Made by a program: the position numbers and the translations under genes. A stretch of 64,000 bases of DNA, from positions 9,364,001 to 9,428,000 of the forward strand of contig NC_045697.1 in NCBI RefSeq assembly GCF_009834535.1, read 5' to 3'. The stretch comes from Camelus ferus (lineage: Eukaryota). Shown here in pieces: positions 25,170 through 36,749 of the stretch (the first letter of the stretch is position 1; each line of letters begins with the position of its first letter). The notes beneath the pieces are model-generated. The model searched no databases. It was not told the DNA's origin and saw nothing but the letters and a program-made list of their open reading frames with translations.

Positions 25170-26460
25170 CTTATGAGTCAACTCATTCATATTAATAGCT
25201 CTCAGATATTAATCAGTAAGGCTGATTAGTAGGCAAATTTAATGACCCAAGAGGACAACTAAAATTCAGGTATTTTTCAACTATATATTGCCTAAATGAC
25301 TCATGTAAATCTTGGAAAAATCTTATTACTCCTTACTAATCACCCTTACCAAAATAAGTACTAATTTTAATGCTGTCCACATTACCCAACACTTCATAAC
25401 AGCTAGAAGTGTAATGTCTACTTAAGGAACCCTTTCCCACACATTATGGTGCTTATCTCTGAGTACCCAACACCACAGAAACCTACTTGAGACCTAATTA
25501 TTAAGCTAATGGCAATTAGAAATACTTGAGAATGTTTTTCAGTTTCAATTTATCTTTTAGAGGAAAAATGAATGTTACATTTATTTTCTAATTTAACTTT
25601 TCACATGAAATCCATTTGCAACTATTTTGTTCATTTTTTTTTAAATTTTGGTTTTGTTTGCAGATGGATAGCATTTTATTTACCAGCAAACAGATTATGG
25701 AACTTGGATTTTCAATCAGAATTATTTCCCTTGAAACCAAAAGTTAGAAGATCACTGTTCCTTGATATTCATAGATTTATCAAGAGTATACGCATACACG
25801 TTTTCACTTCCTGATAAAATATTTAGGAAGGGAAGAGATTCCCTTATCTATCAAATTATATACTCTAATTCAGCAAATGCTTTATCTTCTGGAACATGAG
25901 TTTAATTGGCAAATATGGGCCTGGGTAATTCTCGCAAGATTACTTCAGATTAAGATCTCCGAGGTTTTGCTTTTATGCCAATCTCTGCAAGGAAAAAAAA
26001 TCTGTTCTAATTTCCCCCAAAGTGTTTTGACTTTTTGCAAGCTGTATAACAATGGTTTTATTCAAATTGATGCAAATTTGAAAAGCCCTTGACATTTTCC
26101 CTTAACCAGACATTTAAAAAAAAAAATCCAAGTAGCAGGTGTTGACTTTTATGCAACCAGCCATCAAATGAGCTTCTTATTTTTCCTTTCTTAAGTTTCC
26201 AGCAAACTCTGAACCCTCTTTATAGTCTAGAGAAATAGGCCATTGATCCAGCCGCACATAAAACCAACTGAGTTTTTGCCCTGAAGTGGAGTGTTTGGCA
26301 GATGTTTCTGTGGCGAATTTGTGGAGCATTCTAAAACAGATTGTCGAGGACACTTTGGAACAAGGACAACAGTAAATCAAATCTTTCCCTTTCTCTTTCT
26401 CTCCTGCCCACCTCCATCTATTAACTGTGAACTAATGACAACTGAAACTTTTCTGCAAAT
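25170..26460. promoter_or_regulatory. Putative enhancer (motif cluster in repeat-free DNA)
   Basis: AP-1 at 25174-25180 and 25297-25303; ETS-IRF composite at 25802-25811 (-); GATA at 25812, 25844 and 25882; octamer at 26070-26077; three TTNNGCAA sites. Motif evidence only. Confidence 0.4.
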
Positions 26461-27729
26461 ACCATGAGTGCCACGAGGACTCACATTTACTGAAAAACCT
26501 GTAAAACTCCAATCTTGTGTTTAGTAAGGTGGGAGGAGAAGAGAAGGGGGAAGTCCCACCAAGTTACGAGTATATGGAATTCATTACTGCAAAGTTTCAC
26601 TGTGTGAAGTTTATAGACTTGCGATTTGATGCCTGGTGCCTAAAGCACCTGGATGTATTTTTTAAATTTGTTTTTGTTTTTGTGGTGTGGTGGTTTTGAT
26701 TTTTTTCCCTAAATATTTTAAATCAAAGAATTTAATTTGCTTTCTGCCTTACCTCACAATTGAAGGTCAAAGTGTGACTACCTTCTCATCCAATGTGATT
26801 TCCTTGAAAACTTCCAACAGCTTTTTTTTCCGTCCTGCTCTTTAATGATTCGTAGAAAAGGAACACTCCGGTTTTAGGAGGTGACATTTGCTTTGGGTTG
26901 ATATTTTGTGCCAGGGTATTCTTTTTCTCAGGCTTAGAAAGCACGCCATCTTCTTTAGAGTCCTTCCAAAACTCAACCTCCACGGTCCTGGCAGTGTTGT
27001 TTCCCCTTTTTCCTTTATGTTTCCAGTGAACCTTATTTATGCAGCTCTTTAACACGTCCATCACCTGGTACCATAATCACCTGGGAGGCCGTCTTGGGCG
27101 ATGGGTGAAAGTTTGGATTTGGTAGCAGACACACCCATTCTTACTTCATGAGGATCACAACATCCCTATGCAGTTGGTACTATTATTATCTACCCTTTAC
27201 TTGTGTGGAGGAGTAAAGGTTGGAGAGTAATAAAAACACTAGCTTCATGGATGTTGTGAGAACTAATGAATATTCACCGTAAAACACCACAAGTGGTAAG
27301 CACATACGAATGGTCACTGTTGGCCGAGTTCCTGTTCATCTTCTCAGCTAACCAAAATCTCCTCCAGAATAGACACAGCATCTTGACTCTTCTACCCTTT
27401 TGAGCCCAGAAGGGTATTTGGGCAAATAATTCACACTGGACAAATAGTTGTTGAGTGAACAAATCACTGACCTGAAATCTCACTCTCACCTGCTTTCCTT
27501 AATTACTGCCTGGCTCGGGAACACAGATTATGTATTTAATCTGCACGCACCCCATCTCCCTCACCTGGTGTTCTGTGCATCCTTCAAGACACATCACCTC
27601 CGGATCAGCCTCCCTGACACTTTGATCCGCCATGACTGTTCTTACCTCTGGACTTCACAGTCCTTTGTCTACTGTCTTTGCTATTTTAGATCTATTTCTC
27701 TGTAAGAAAAAGCCATAGCATTGTCTTAT

Positions 27730-28070
27730 TCAGAAGCTTTTAACAGGAAGATCCCCCTTGTCATGAGGATGGAGTCTACACTCCTCACTGTGGGATGCTA
27801 GGTTTCCTCCATCCTCTGGCCACTGTCCATCTCTCTAGCTGCCTCACGTGCTGTGACTGTTCATGATCTTCCAACACTCTTATATTTAAAAAAGAAAAAA
27901 AAAACTTGAATCACTTTTCTTCCCCTTTCCGTAGTGTTATACAGAATTTTAATTGTTGACTTATTCCCCTCACTGACATGACAGTAAGAACTGATTTGTA
28001 TGACTGGTGAAAACTCAGTACCTAACACCTAGTAAGGTATTAAGATAAAAAGTCATCAAATAAACAATTT
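27730..28070 (+). mobile_element. L2 3' fragment
   Basis: 'tgaggatggagtctacactcctcactgtgg...ctcagtacctaacacctagtaagg'. Confidence 0.6.
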
Positions 28071-28849
28071 GAATATCCTTGGAATGTCATTTCCTGTTCA
28101 CAGAATGCCAACCTCTCCTGTGCCCTATAAAATAAGTGTTAATGTCTAAACATCTGCTCAGCCTTCATCTTCATTGCCAAGCTCTCATGACAACACCCAG
28201 AGGCAATGGCTCATGCTCTCATTCTGCACATTCCTTTTCAATTTCATGTTTTTCCCTGAATTGGTTTGTGTTTACATGTGTGTCTTGCTCCTTCTAGGAT
28301 GTGAGATCCTGGTGGGCAGTGACAGTTTCAAATACCCTTTGTGGTCCTACACCTACAAGAGGAATGACACATTGGAGGTGTTCAGCCAGTGTGCTGAATC
28401 ATTGCTTTGATTTCCAAATAGTAGCAGGTTTCCCATTCATCCAGCAAACCAATCTCCAGCAATTCCTGAGCACTGTAAAGGGTAATTTGATTGTCTTTTA
28501 GACTCAGGCTATTATGAAGCAGTTCACGAAAATGTGCTGATTAACAAGCCACCAAACTGGAAGAAATTGTTATTGGTAACACTCTTGTTAGGGAGTGGAT
28601 TTTATAGCCTGGTGGCTTAGAGGACATGTGCCTAGAATACCTGAGTGAGATAGAGAGAGACTTTAAAAGTGCAGATGATGGAATGACAAGTATGAGGAAT
28701 GTGCTCAGTGTTGTTCTGAAAAATACAAGCATAGATGGGAATTGAGCAGAACCCACATCACTTTAAGATGCTAGCAGCATGGTTTGGGGCTGAAAAACTA
28801 TTACGTAGGGAGAAGCACGCATGGAAAACCTCCTGGGACTGAGGAGTAA

Positions 28850-28972
28850 GGCAGTGTGTGTGGTGGAAAGAACCCTGACCTGGGTGTGGCACTGACAAGC
28901 TGTGTCACCTTGGGCAAGTCTGATGACCTCTCTGGGCTCTAGTTAATTTATGTGGCATAAGGCATTAGAACA
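28850..28972 (+). mobile_element. MIR SINE
   Basis: 'gtggaaagaaccctg...agctgtgtcaccttgggcaagtctgatgacctctctgggc'. Confidence 0.8.
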
Positions 28973-28974
28973 GT

Positions 28975-29185
28975 CAGCAGTTTAAAAATATTTATTTAGA
29001 CAAAAACCATATATGGAATCCAGCCTATGAAATGGTTAAAACTGGTATTGTTCTGGTAGATTCTGGGGCCTGGAAACCCTGCTAGATCTGCTTTCCTCTT
29101 CCCAATGCCACTCAGAAATGGCCCTTGAAGCACCTTTAAGGAAACTAAGGGCACTTAGGAGCACAGCTTGCAAGCCATTGGTCTA
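28975..29185. mobile_element. hAT-type (MER5/Charlie-like) DNA transposon remnant
   Basis: Ends 'ggagcacagcttgcaagccattggtcta', resembling the MER5-group terminus. Confidence 0.45.
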
Positions 29186-29519
29186 CATTGTGTCAAGGTC
29201 ACATGTACACCTAACATTCTAAAACTTTGTGGTTCTATAAATTAATGTCATATTTCTATAAAAATTATTTTAACAGTAAAATAATTACACACGCATATGT
29301 ACACATGCATACAAAATTTCTCACGATTTATGAAATTATTCACATGCATTACTGCCTGCAGCTTCACTTCTGTCCAAGGTGGAAGGTACAGTAAGGTTTT
29401 ATATCCTCATTTAACAAAAGAAGGTGTAGCAATGGGTTGGTATTAAATAAGAAGATGGCTATTCTGGGTGGTGGTCTGGCTTCTGATAGGCATTAGGTGG
29501 ACGGCAACTTTTGAGAACT

Positions 29520-30110
29520 GCATACTGTTGAGCACCTAAATTATACTGGGAATGGAAATACAATAAAAGAAAAGAAGAGTCCCTGATATTGCAATACTTG
29601 TGATGTAATTAGATATATATGCACATAGTCGCATTTCAACATGACAGTTGTTTTAAGATACAGTTCAGCCAAGGATGCCACAGAGAGATAAGAGGAGCAC
29701 ATAGTAAAACGTGGGTTCAAGGAATTGCTTTCTGGGGGAGATGCTCCCTGGCTTCAGTGTAAGAGAAGAAAAAAAAAAAGCTTTAAGAAGAGGGAACGCC
29801 GTGAAGAAAGACACCAAGTGTAAAATCACATGAGAGTGTCATGTGAGAGAGAAAGAGAGGCAGAAGTGGAGTCCACAGTGGGAGACAGACCAGATGTCAG
29901 AGTCCAAGGTGTCATGCTAAGAGGCTGCACATTAAAGCTGATGAGAGGATTTTAACTAGAAAGTGAAAATGTCAGGTTTTTTTAATTTTAGAAAGGCTAC
30001 CTTGTCTTTCATGTGCAGAAGGGGGTAGAGTTGGAAAAAACTGGAGGTGAGGAGACAAAATTGGGAAGTGACTGCAATTATGCAAGAGTGAGATGATAAG
30101 GAACGAGTTT
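29520..30110 (-). mobile_element. L2 fragment
   Basis: 'ttgagcacct...gaggattttaactagaaagtgaaaatgtcagg...ttttagaaaggctacc'. Confidence 0.65.
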
Positions 30111-30339
30111 AAAGCGATGATTGTTACTTCAAAGAAACTAACAAAACAACGTGCAAAACCTCTTACTAACAACTCAGAGAAGGGAAAGAGTCTTGGCCAT
30201 TTGTTTTTCTTTCATAATTATTCCATATTTCCTTGTGTGGGGGCCCCTGCTTCTCTCTTCAGCATCTCCCGCCTTAGCTCATCCCATCACCGTATCCCCA
30301 AAAGCAGCATGAAAATATCTTTACATGTAGGTAGGAATT

Positions 30340-31260
30340 TAAATGATCTGAGGATGAGAGAGTCTTAAGAACCCTAGGGAAAATCACAAAGGAGACTTAA
30401 AAGGATTTGAATAAATGCATATTTTAAATGTCAAAGATGCCATGTGCAAAATTAAAATGAAACAACCTCATAAAGAATTTGCCATAAAAGTGCAAAAAGA
30501 AAATATCAGTAGTGTCCAAATAAATCATACAGATCAATTAGAAAAGCACTTAACCTCAAGAAGATCAATGGCCAAAGAACTTGGACAGAACATTACAGAA
30601 GAAGACAAAATTGCTAATAAACATAAGGATAATATGCAGCCCTACCAGTGTGACAGAAATGAAAACTGAAGAAACAAGAAAAAATGTTCCCATATCAAAT
30701 TATCATAGCTGTTTTAAAAGCTTATGGTTCCATACTACTGTTGATGGAGACGGGACCAAGAACACATCCACAGTGGGCTCAGGGAGTGGGGGAAGGGTGT
30801 TTGTGCAATAGTTCTGGAAAGTAATTTTATATATATATATGTGTGTGTGTGTATATATATACACACACACACATATATATATTTATATGGAGAGGGTGGG
30901 GGAGAATTTCAAAACAGTTATAACCTTTGGGCTGTTAATTTCATTAATATGAATCTGTCCCAAAGAAATATTAAAGATGCAGTAAATACGTATTCACAAT
31001 GTAAAGTCCAGCACCTTTTACAGTGGCCAAAATCTGAAGCATTCAAAAATATCTAGCAATAGAAGTTTGTATAAAGGAATAATGACTTAGTGACACAAGG
31101 ACCATTATGCAGTTTTTTAAAACTTTAGCTTTTGAATACTTTTATCAAGAAAAGTGTCCTGCTGTGGTGGCAAAGGGGAAAAATAACACACAGCCGTATA
31201 TATGCTACCAGTCCTAATTATGTCTACCTGTGTGTGTGTTTACAAATGTGTATACATGAT
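30340..31260 (+). mobile_element. L1ME ORF2-end/3'UTR fragment
   Basis: 'ggccaaagaacttggacagaac...acagaagaagacaaaattgctaataaacata' and 'ttctggaaagtaatttt...aatctgtcccaaagaaata'. Confidence 0.7.
30831..30882. repeat. Perfect 52-bp palindromic microsatellite (AT)5(GT)6(AT)4(AC)6(AT)5
   Basis: Checked base by base; equals its own reverse complement. Confidence 0.92.
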
Positions 31261-32429
31261 GGTACATATTTGTAGATATGTGAACCCCAGTATCACAGCG
31301 CTCATGAATGCACAGTGTTGGTGAAGAATGACCTAGGACTATGTGTTTTGCAAAGCTTATCAAACCTAGCTGACATTTCTAATTTCACATTACAAATGTT
31401 TGCTATTGTCTACTTACTGTGCAAGGCAGCAACTTTTGAAAAGTGATGACTTTACTTCTTTAAAAAGAGATCATCACCCTGTGAGATAGATACAAGCATT
31501 TAATGAAACTTAAACAAGTACTTAAATTTGTTATAAGAATTATGTGAAATACATGACTTTTGGCAGAAGAGTGATTGTGAAAAACCCCAGGAAACTTTCT
31601 TCACCAATTTGCTGTCTACCGATTATGCATATTAAATAAACTGGAATAAAAACACTAAAATGTTAATGGGGTGATATATGGGTTGGCAGAGAGAATCTCT
31701 TTTTACTTTTATGATTTTGAATTTCCTTTGAGCATGCAGAGCCTGGAAAACAAGAAAAGAATATAATGCTGAAGTTACTAAAGTCACACTCTGCTGACTG
31801 TTTGCACCTCCAGAACTTCTCAAAGTAGACGAGGGAAAACAGGGACATGCAATCTGGCTCACACCATGGTTTGGTTTTACTATCTAGGCTGTGCCATTAG
31901 AAAGCTTGGGAGAGATTTCATTTTCAAACAGAATGAACTCAGCAAGCAATTTTCCCTCTCATTAAAAACTTCCTGCTCCTGCTACCACTTTCCCCAGTGC
32001 CTCCCAACCCGAAATGACTCCTATCCAACCTCTCAACACTGACTCCAGCCACGCCACGTCCAGAAGCCCATCATCTCCTTCAGCTCTCCTGTCTCACTGC
32101 GCGGGCTTTTTAACTGAACCGGCTCCCAGCGCTTGGTATCTCTCTCTGCAGACCTTGATTATGCGGCACCTCGTGAATAAGCCCTTGTCAGGATGTCCTC
32201 CCTGCAGTCCCCCTGGCCAGGCCTGTGGTGTGACTCGACCCTTTCCCACAGCAAGTCCGCAAAAGTTTCAAATTTTCAGGCAATAATCCTTCAGCCAGGG
32301 TGAACTGAGGACATCCCTGAGGCCAGGATGACTTCTAGAGAGCAGAAAAACACCCTCCCCATAGAGATCAGCGAATTATCTCCCCTGGAAAAGAAAAAAT
32401 AATGAAGGGAAAAAGCATCCATGAATTAA

Positions 32430-32650
32430 TATTGGTTCAAAGCCTACTATGTGCCAGTTAATAATTGTTGTGACATCCCTAAAGAGGAAGGATCTAACTG
32501 ACTATCCCAAGAGTGGAATTGATACAATTAGGCCCCTGCTTTATCAGTTAGAAAATTGAGGTGCAGAGTGTTTAAATAGCTTAGGTGAGGTCATAGAACC
32601 AGGAGGTGCTGCCAGGTCTCCTGACTGTAAATGCATGGTTTGCTCCAGAT
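32430..32650 (-). mobile_element. MIR fragment
   Basis: 'gaaaattgaggtgcagagtgtttaaatagctt...aggtcatag'. Confidence 0.65.
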
Positions 32651-33009
32651 AGTAAAGTTCTGGAGGCAGAAAGCAAGACCCTGAGTTAATGGAACGCAGA
32701 GTTGGACTTGGTGAAAAGGAACAAAAGACTCTCCAGGAAGGACAGTTAATGGTCCTTTGTACCAGATGATAAAAGAGATATGGGGATAGGAGAAAGAGTC
32801 AGGAAACCCCACGTGAACAGTTAGGCTGATGCATCACTGGGCTGGACATCACAGGACTGATCCTCTTTTGCTCTCAGTGAGCCCAATTGGAAGAGTTCCT
32901 TCACATGGGTCCCAGTCTGTCCCCGTGTCCTGCTAGAAAGGTACAGCTTTGCTTCTATACTCTACTTGCTTTCATAATATGCTATTGAACTAAACTAAAG
33001 AACCTGTAG

Positions 33010-33283
33010 GCTGTTATATGTTTCAAATACATTCAGGATCTGACTCCATTTCATTATCTCATTGCTGTCACTTGGATGCAAACCACCATCATTTGCCTGG
33101 ATGGTCATGATAGTTCTTAAGTCTTATCTCTTTTTAGCCTTACTTCCTTACACCCCATTCTTACCAGAAACCAAGTGCTTCTTTATTTTAGGAAGGTCCA
33201 GATCAGATTATGTAGTTCTTCTGCAATGGCTTTGCACTATTTTATCAGCGTAGAAAGTTCTTCAGTGCCTTAAGAGGCCCTAT
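33010..33283 (+). mobile_element. L2 fragment
   Basis: 'ttcaaatacattcaggatctgactcc...accaccatcatttgcctgga...tcagattatgt'. Confidence 0.7.
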
Positions 33284-33478
33284 TTAAGCAGTTGGCAAAC
33301 TCTCTGTAAAGGACCAAAGAGTAAATAATTTAGACCCTGTGGCCCGTACCACGGGGTCTCTGCCACAGCTACTCAACTCTACCATTGTAGTGTGGCTGTT
33401 TTTCCATCAGACTTTATTTGCAAAGGCAGGTGGTAGTCCAGATTTGGCCCTTGGCACCATAGTTTGCTGATCAACTTA
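33284..33478 (+). mobile_element. MER58A (hAT-Charlie)
   Basis: 'ttggcaaactctctgtaaaggacc...ctactcaactctaccattgtagtg...gatttggccc...atagtttgctga'. Confidence 0.85.
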
Positions 33479-33519
33479 GAAGTAATCAATAAATAATGCA
33501 AAAGCCTAGTTCTTGGCAC

Positions 33520-34480
33520 CAGTGTTGATGAAAGAGGGTCCTGGAGGAAAGGATGGAAACCCCATGTGTAAGAGTCAATGATGCACAGCAGAAGGGACAT
33601 TCATGCTTGAGCCAGAGAGGAGGAAGAAAAGATGTCTAGAGAGGAAGGTGGTTGCATACTTCAGTGTGTGGGGAGTGGGAGAGGATGAGAATAAGGTTAT
33701 TTATGTCTGAAGGCTTTATAATCTCAATGAACTATAGGGGGAGGACTATTTTACATGGGTGGAGGTGGTTATTAACTGAGTCATGATTCAAGAAAACGAT
33801 GATGATTTGCAAGAGTTTCTGGAAGTGGAACCAAACCATGAACAAGCACAATTATCAAGAATGATTAAGCAAAATGGTGACAGGACTCTCTGCTGGGCTG
33901 GAGTACAGTGACCACTGCCATTTTCTCCATCATACTCTCTGATATTCTTAGTGTTTCTTTCAATTGCCTAATTTTAAGAAGAAGAAGAAGAAATATGGGA
34001 AAAATGCAGACTTGGGATGCTGCTGGGTAGCTGTGGCAGAAGGCAAGGGTGCCATGGAGGTGGGGTTGCTAATAAAATTTTTAAAAAGAACAATTTAGAT
34101 GATCAAAAACAAAGTCCAGCTTGTTCAGGGAACACCTGAAGCCTTACAGTCTGAACAAGATAGAGAGATAAAAGGGTCAAAGGACTATTTGAGTTAATGA
34201 ACAGAAGTGGTAGATTTAAAGAAAGTGAGAAATGTGTAAGTCATGGAGGCTGAGCAAAGTTTTTTACTATTAGAGCTCAAGATTCCAGAGATGGAACAGC
34301 TCTGGGTCTTGACATAGTTTGAGGTGTAATCATAGGAGTGACTCTTGGAAAGGAAGCTGAAGCGGAATTTCACGTAAGCTGAAAAGATCAAATTATTCAA
34401 ATTCTAGAGTGTTTTGATGGAAATCACATAGGATGACAGGCAATTAGAAGAAAGGAAAGGAGATTATAATGTGCTGTTTA
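33520..34480 (-). mobile_element. Old L2 internal fragment
   Basis: Long purine-rich degenerate stretch typical of antisense L2 ORF2. Confidence 0.5.
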
Positions 34481-35049
34481 TCCTGATAAAACTCTCAACT
34501 CTTGGATTGCAGGTGATACAATCTAACAGCACTGGGCAGATAAAAAGTTTCTTAACAAAAATGCCAAATGGGTGCAGGGGAACTCTTCTCCTCTTCCCAG
34601 CTTCTCAAGGGCAATAGAGTTGAATGAAATAGATAATAAATGCTAATAAATGCTGAGGGTGAGAGGTGGAGGAGCTGTGAGAGTAGGTGACTCAAAACAA
34701 CAACAAAAAAAACAAACAAACAAACAAACAAAAAACCCAAAAGACTTCAGGATAACACACAGGGGCAAAGATATCCCTGGACAGAAGTTTGCTCATTTCT
34801 GGATAAGCGCTAAGGAAAGCTTTTTCTGCATCTCTCAGCTCCTGGCTACCCATGTTCTAGTGGGGTGCTTAGTCCACTACCCCAGACAGAAGTTTCCAGA
34901 GAAGAGTGTGCAATGGAGATTTCTGGGGAGGACTACCCCTTTCCAGTACAAATAAACATCCCAGAAAGAGCTCCTGTGTAGATCTGAGGAAGAATAATCA
35001 TCTATTTCAACCCATATTAAATGCGTTTTAAATGCCCGAAAATAAATTA

Positions 35050-35275
35050 TCTAACTTACCCTCATTTTGAAGATGTGAAAACTGAGAGCCCTGGCTCTGT
35101 AATCAAACAAGATGTGAGTTGCAGCTCTGACACTTAGTGGCTATGACACACCGTGGCCAAGGCACTTTCTTTTCCCAACCTCAGTTTCCTCATCTGCAAA
35201 CCTCACAGCTGTGTTGAGAATTCAGTGAGATAAAGCACAGCTCAGGACATATTTACAACATCTGTTATTAGCAAT
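35050..35275. mobile_element. Adjacent MIR fragments in opposite orientation
   Basis: 'cattttgaagatgtgaaaactgag' (-) followed by 'cctcagtttcctcatctgcaaa' (+). Confidence 0.7.
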
Positions 35276-36294
35276 ATGTCAATATCAATATGTCATTAAT
35301 ACTACTATCCTTGTCTAAGACTCCACAGGCTGCTAATTGCACATCAAGGTAGGGAGTTAGACCCTTTATATTCAGGATAGCCACCTCTCCAATCTCTGAA
35401 AAACTGGAAAATTTTATCTCTGGAATTCCAATGATTGTACAGTATTATGCACTTTGTCCATGATAGGTCATAGAGGCAAAACAAGTTCAATCTGATGTTG
35501 GAGCCTAAACTCATTCCACTGCATAATTCTTCCTCCCCAGGTAAAAATAAAAAGATCGGTTGCTTAAGGGATTTGTTAACATGCTCTGGTTTCTGATTCT
35601 GTCTGATCAGCAAGCATATATGATAGGTTCATCTCCCCACATATGTGTTCAGCGTACCAGTTATTTCAATATCCAAAGCCTCATTTAAGAAGAACTGTTC
35701 GTAAGTTATGAGGTAGTAAAATAATAGCTCCATGGCCACCAGCACCAGTCTCTGCTGCATGCGGCTCCATGAACACTCCGGCGTAAACACCGTTGTTACA
35801 GCAAAACTCTGTTGCATTCATGTTCCTTCGACAAAGCAAGCGTTCTGTTTTCTGTGCTGTCCTTTTCAGGGCTGATGTCACAGCCCTGAGTTTTAAGAAC
35901 TCATTTAATAGTTGATGCCAATCGAGCTTTCTGTCTATTTCCATGGAATACGTAGCATCAGAAATATATTAAATCACAGCATGATCGATGCCCAGGGATT
36001 TATTTATTTTTCTCCCGTCTTATACTAAAGGAACTGGGAACAAAGCAGAGGGAAAGAGGAGGGGCCCTCTGTCAGAATTAGAAATCTGTCAACCCATCTC
36101 AAATAAGGCTATCACTTTGGCTTTAGGGGAAAGCATTATTACTTGGCTCTGAGGGTTCATCTCAGTGGAGGTAAAATAGATTATAAGTTGACAAATAGAA
36201 TCTCCCAGAATAAACATGTGCCTGTTATAGCCTGTGTCCTACTAGCTTAACATCAAAATCTCCAGTTAATGGGGAATAATTTCACAGCTCCTGG

Positions 36295-36475
36295 AGAGGG
36301 CTGTGTGACCTTGGCCAGTCTCTTAAGGTTTCTGAATCTTAATTTTCATATGTATAAAATATGGCTTATAATATCTATTTGGAAATATCATAAGGGTATT
36401 TAATGATAGAATGTACTGAAAAGTGTCTAGCAGCGTGTTTAAGACCTGATAGCTATTTTTAAAAATGTTAATTTC
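36295..36475 (+). mobile_element. MIR SINE
   Basis: 'ctgtgtgaccttggccagtctcttaaggtttctgaatcttaattttcatatgtataaaat'. Confidence 0.75.
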
Positions 36476-36749
36476 TTAGCAAGAAGTGCAGAGTAACCCA
36501 CCCAGCAGTCTTCCTGCTTCTGCAGAGATTCAGGGCCTGGCAGAGCCAAGCATCTTTTTACTGGTCCCCATGGAAATGCAATATACCAATAAGCTTCCCT
36601 ATCCGGAAAGTGAGGGCAATTATCTCTGCTCTGAGATGCTCATGGGGTCAATATGTGAGAATCAATATCAGGTGTGACTATGCATTGAAGGTTGTGAGGC
36701 GCTACATTTTAAATGTAGTTAATTGTATTATTATTCATCAATTATTATT

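Noticed and set aside
26262..26375. Protein-like frame EVECLADVSVANLWSILKQIVEDTLEQGQQ
   Set aside because: In-frame TAA just upstream, no good acceptor, no family recognised
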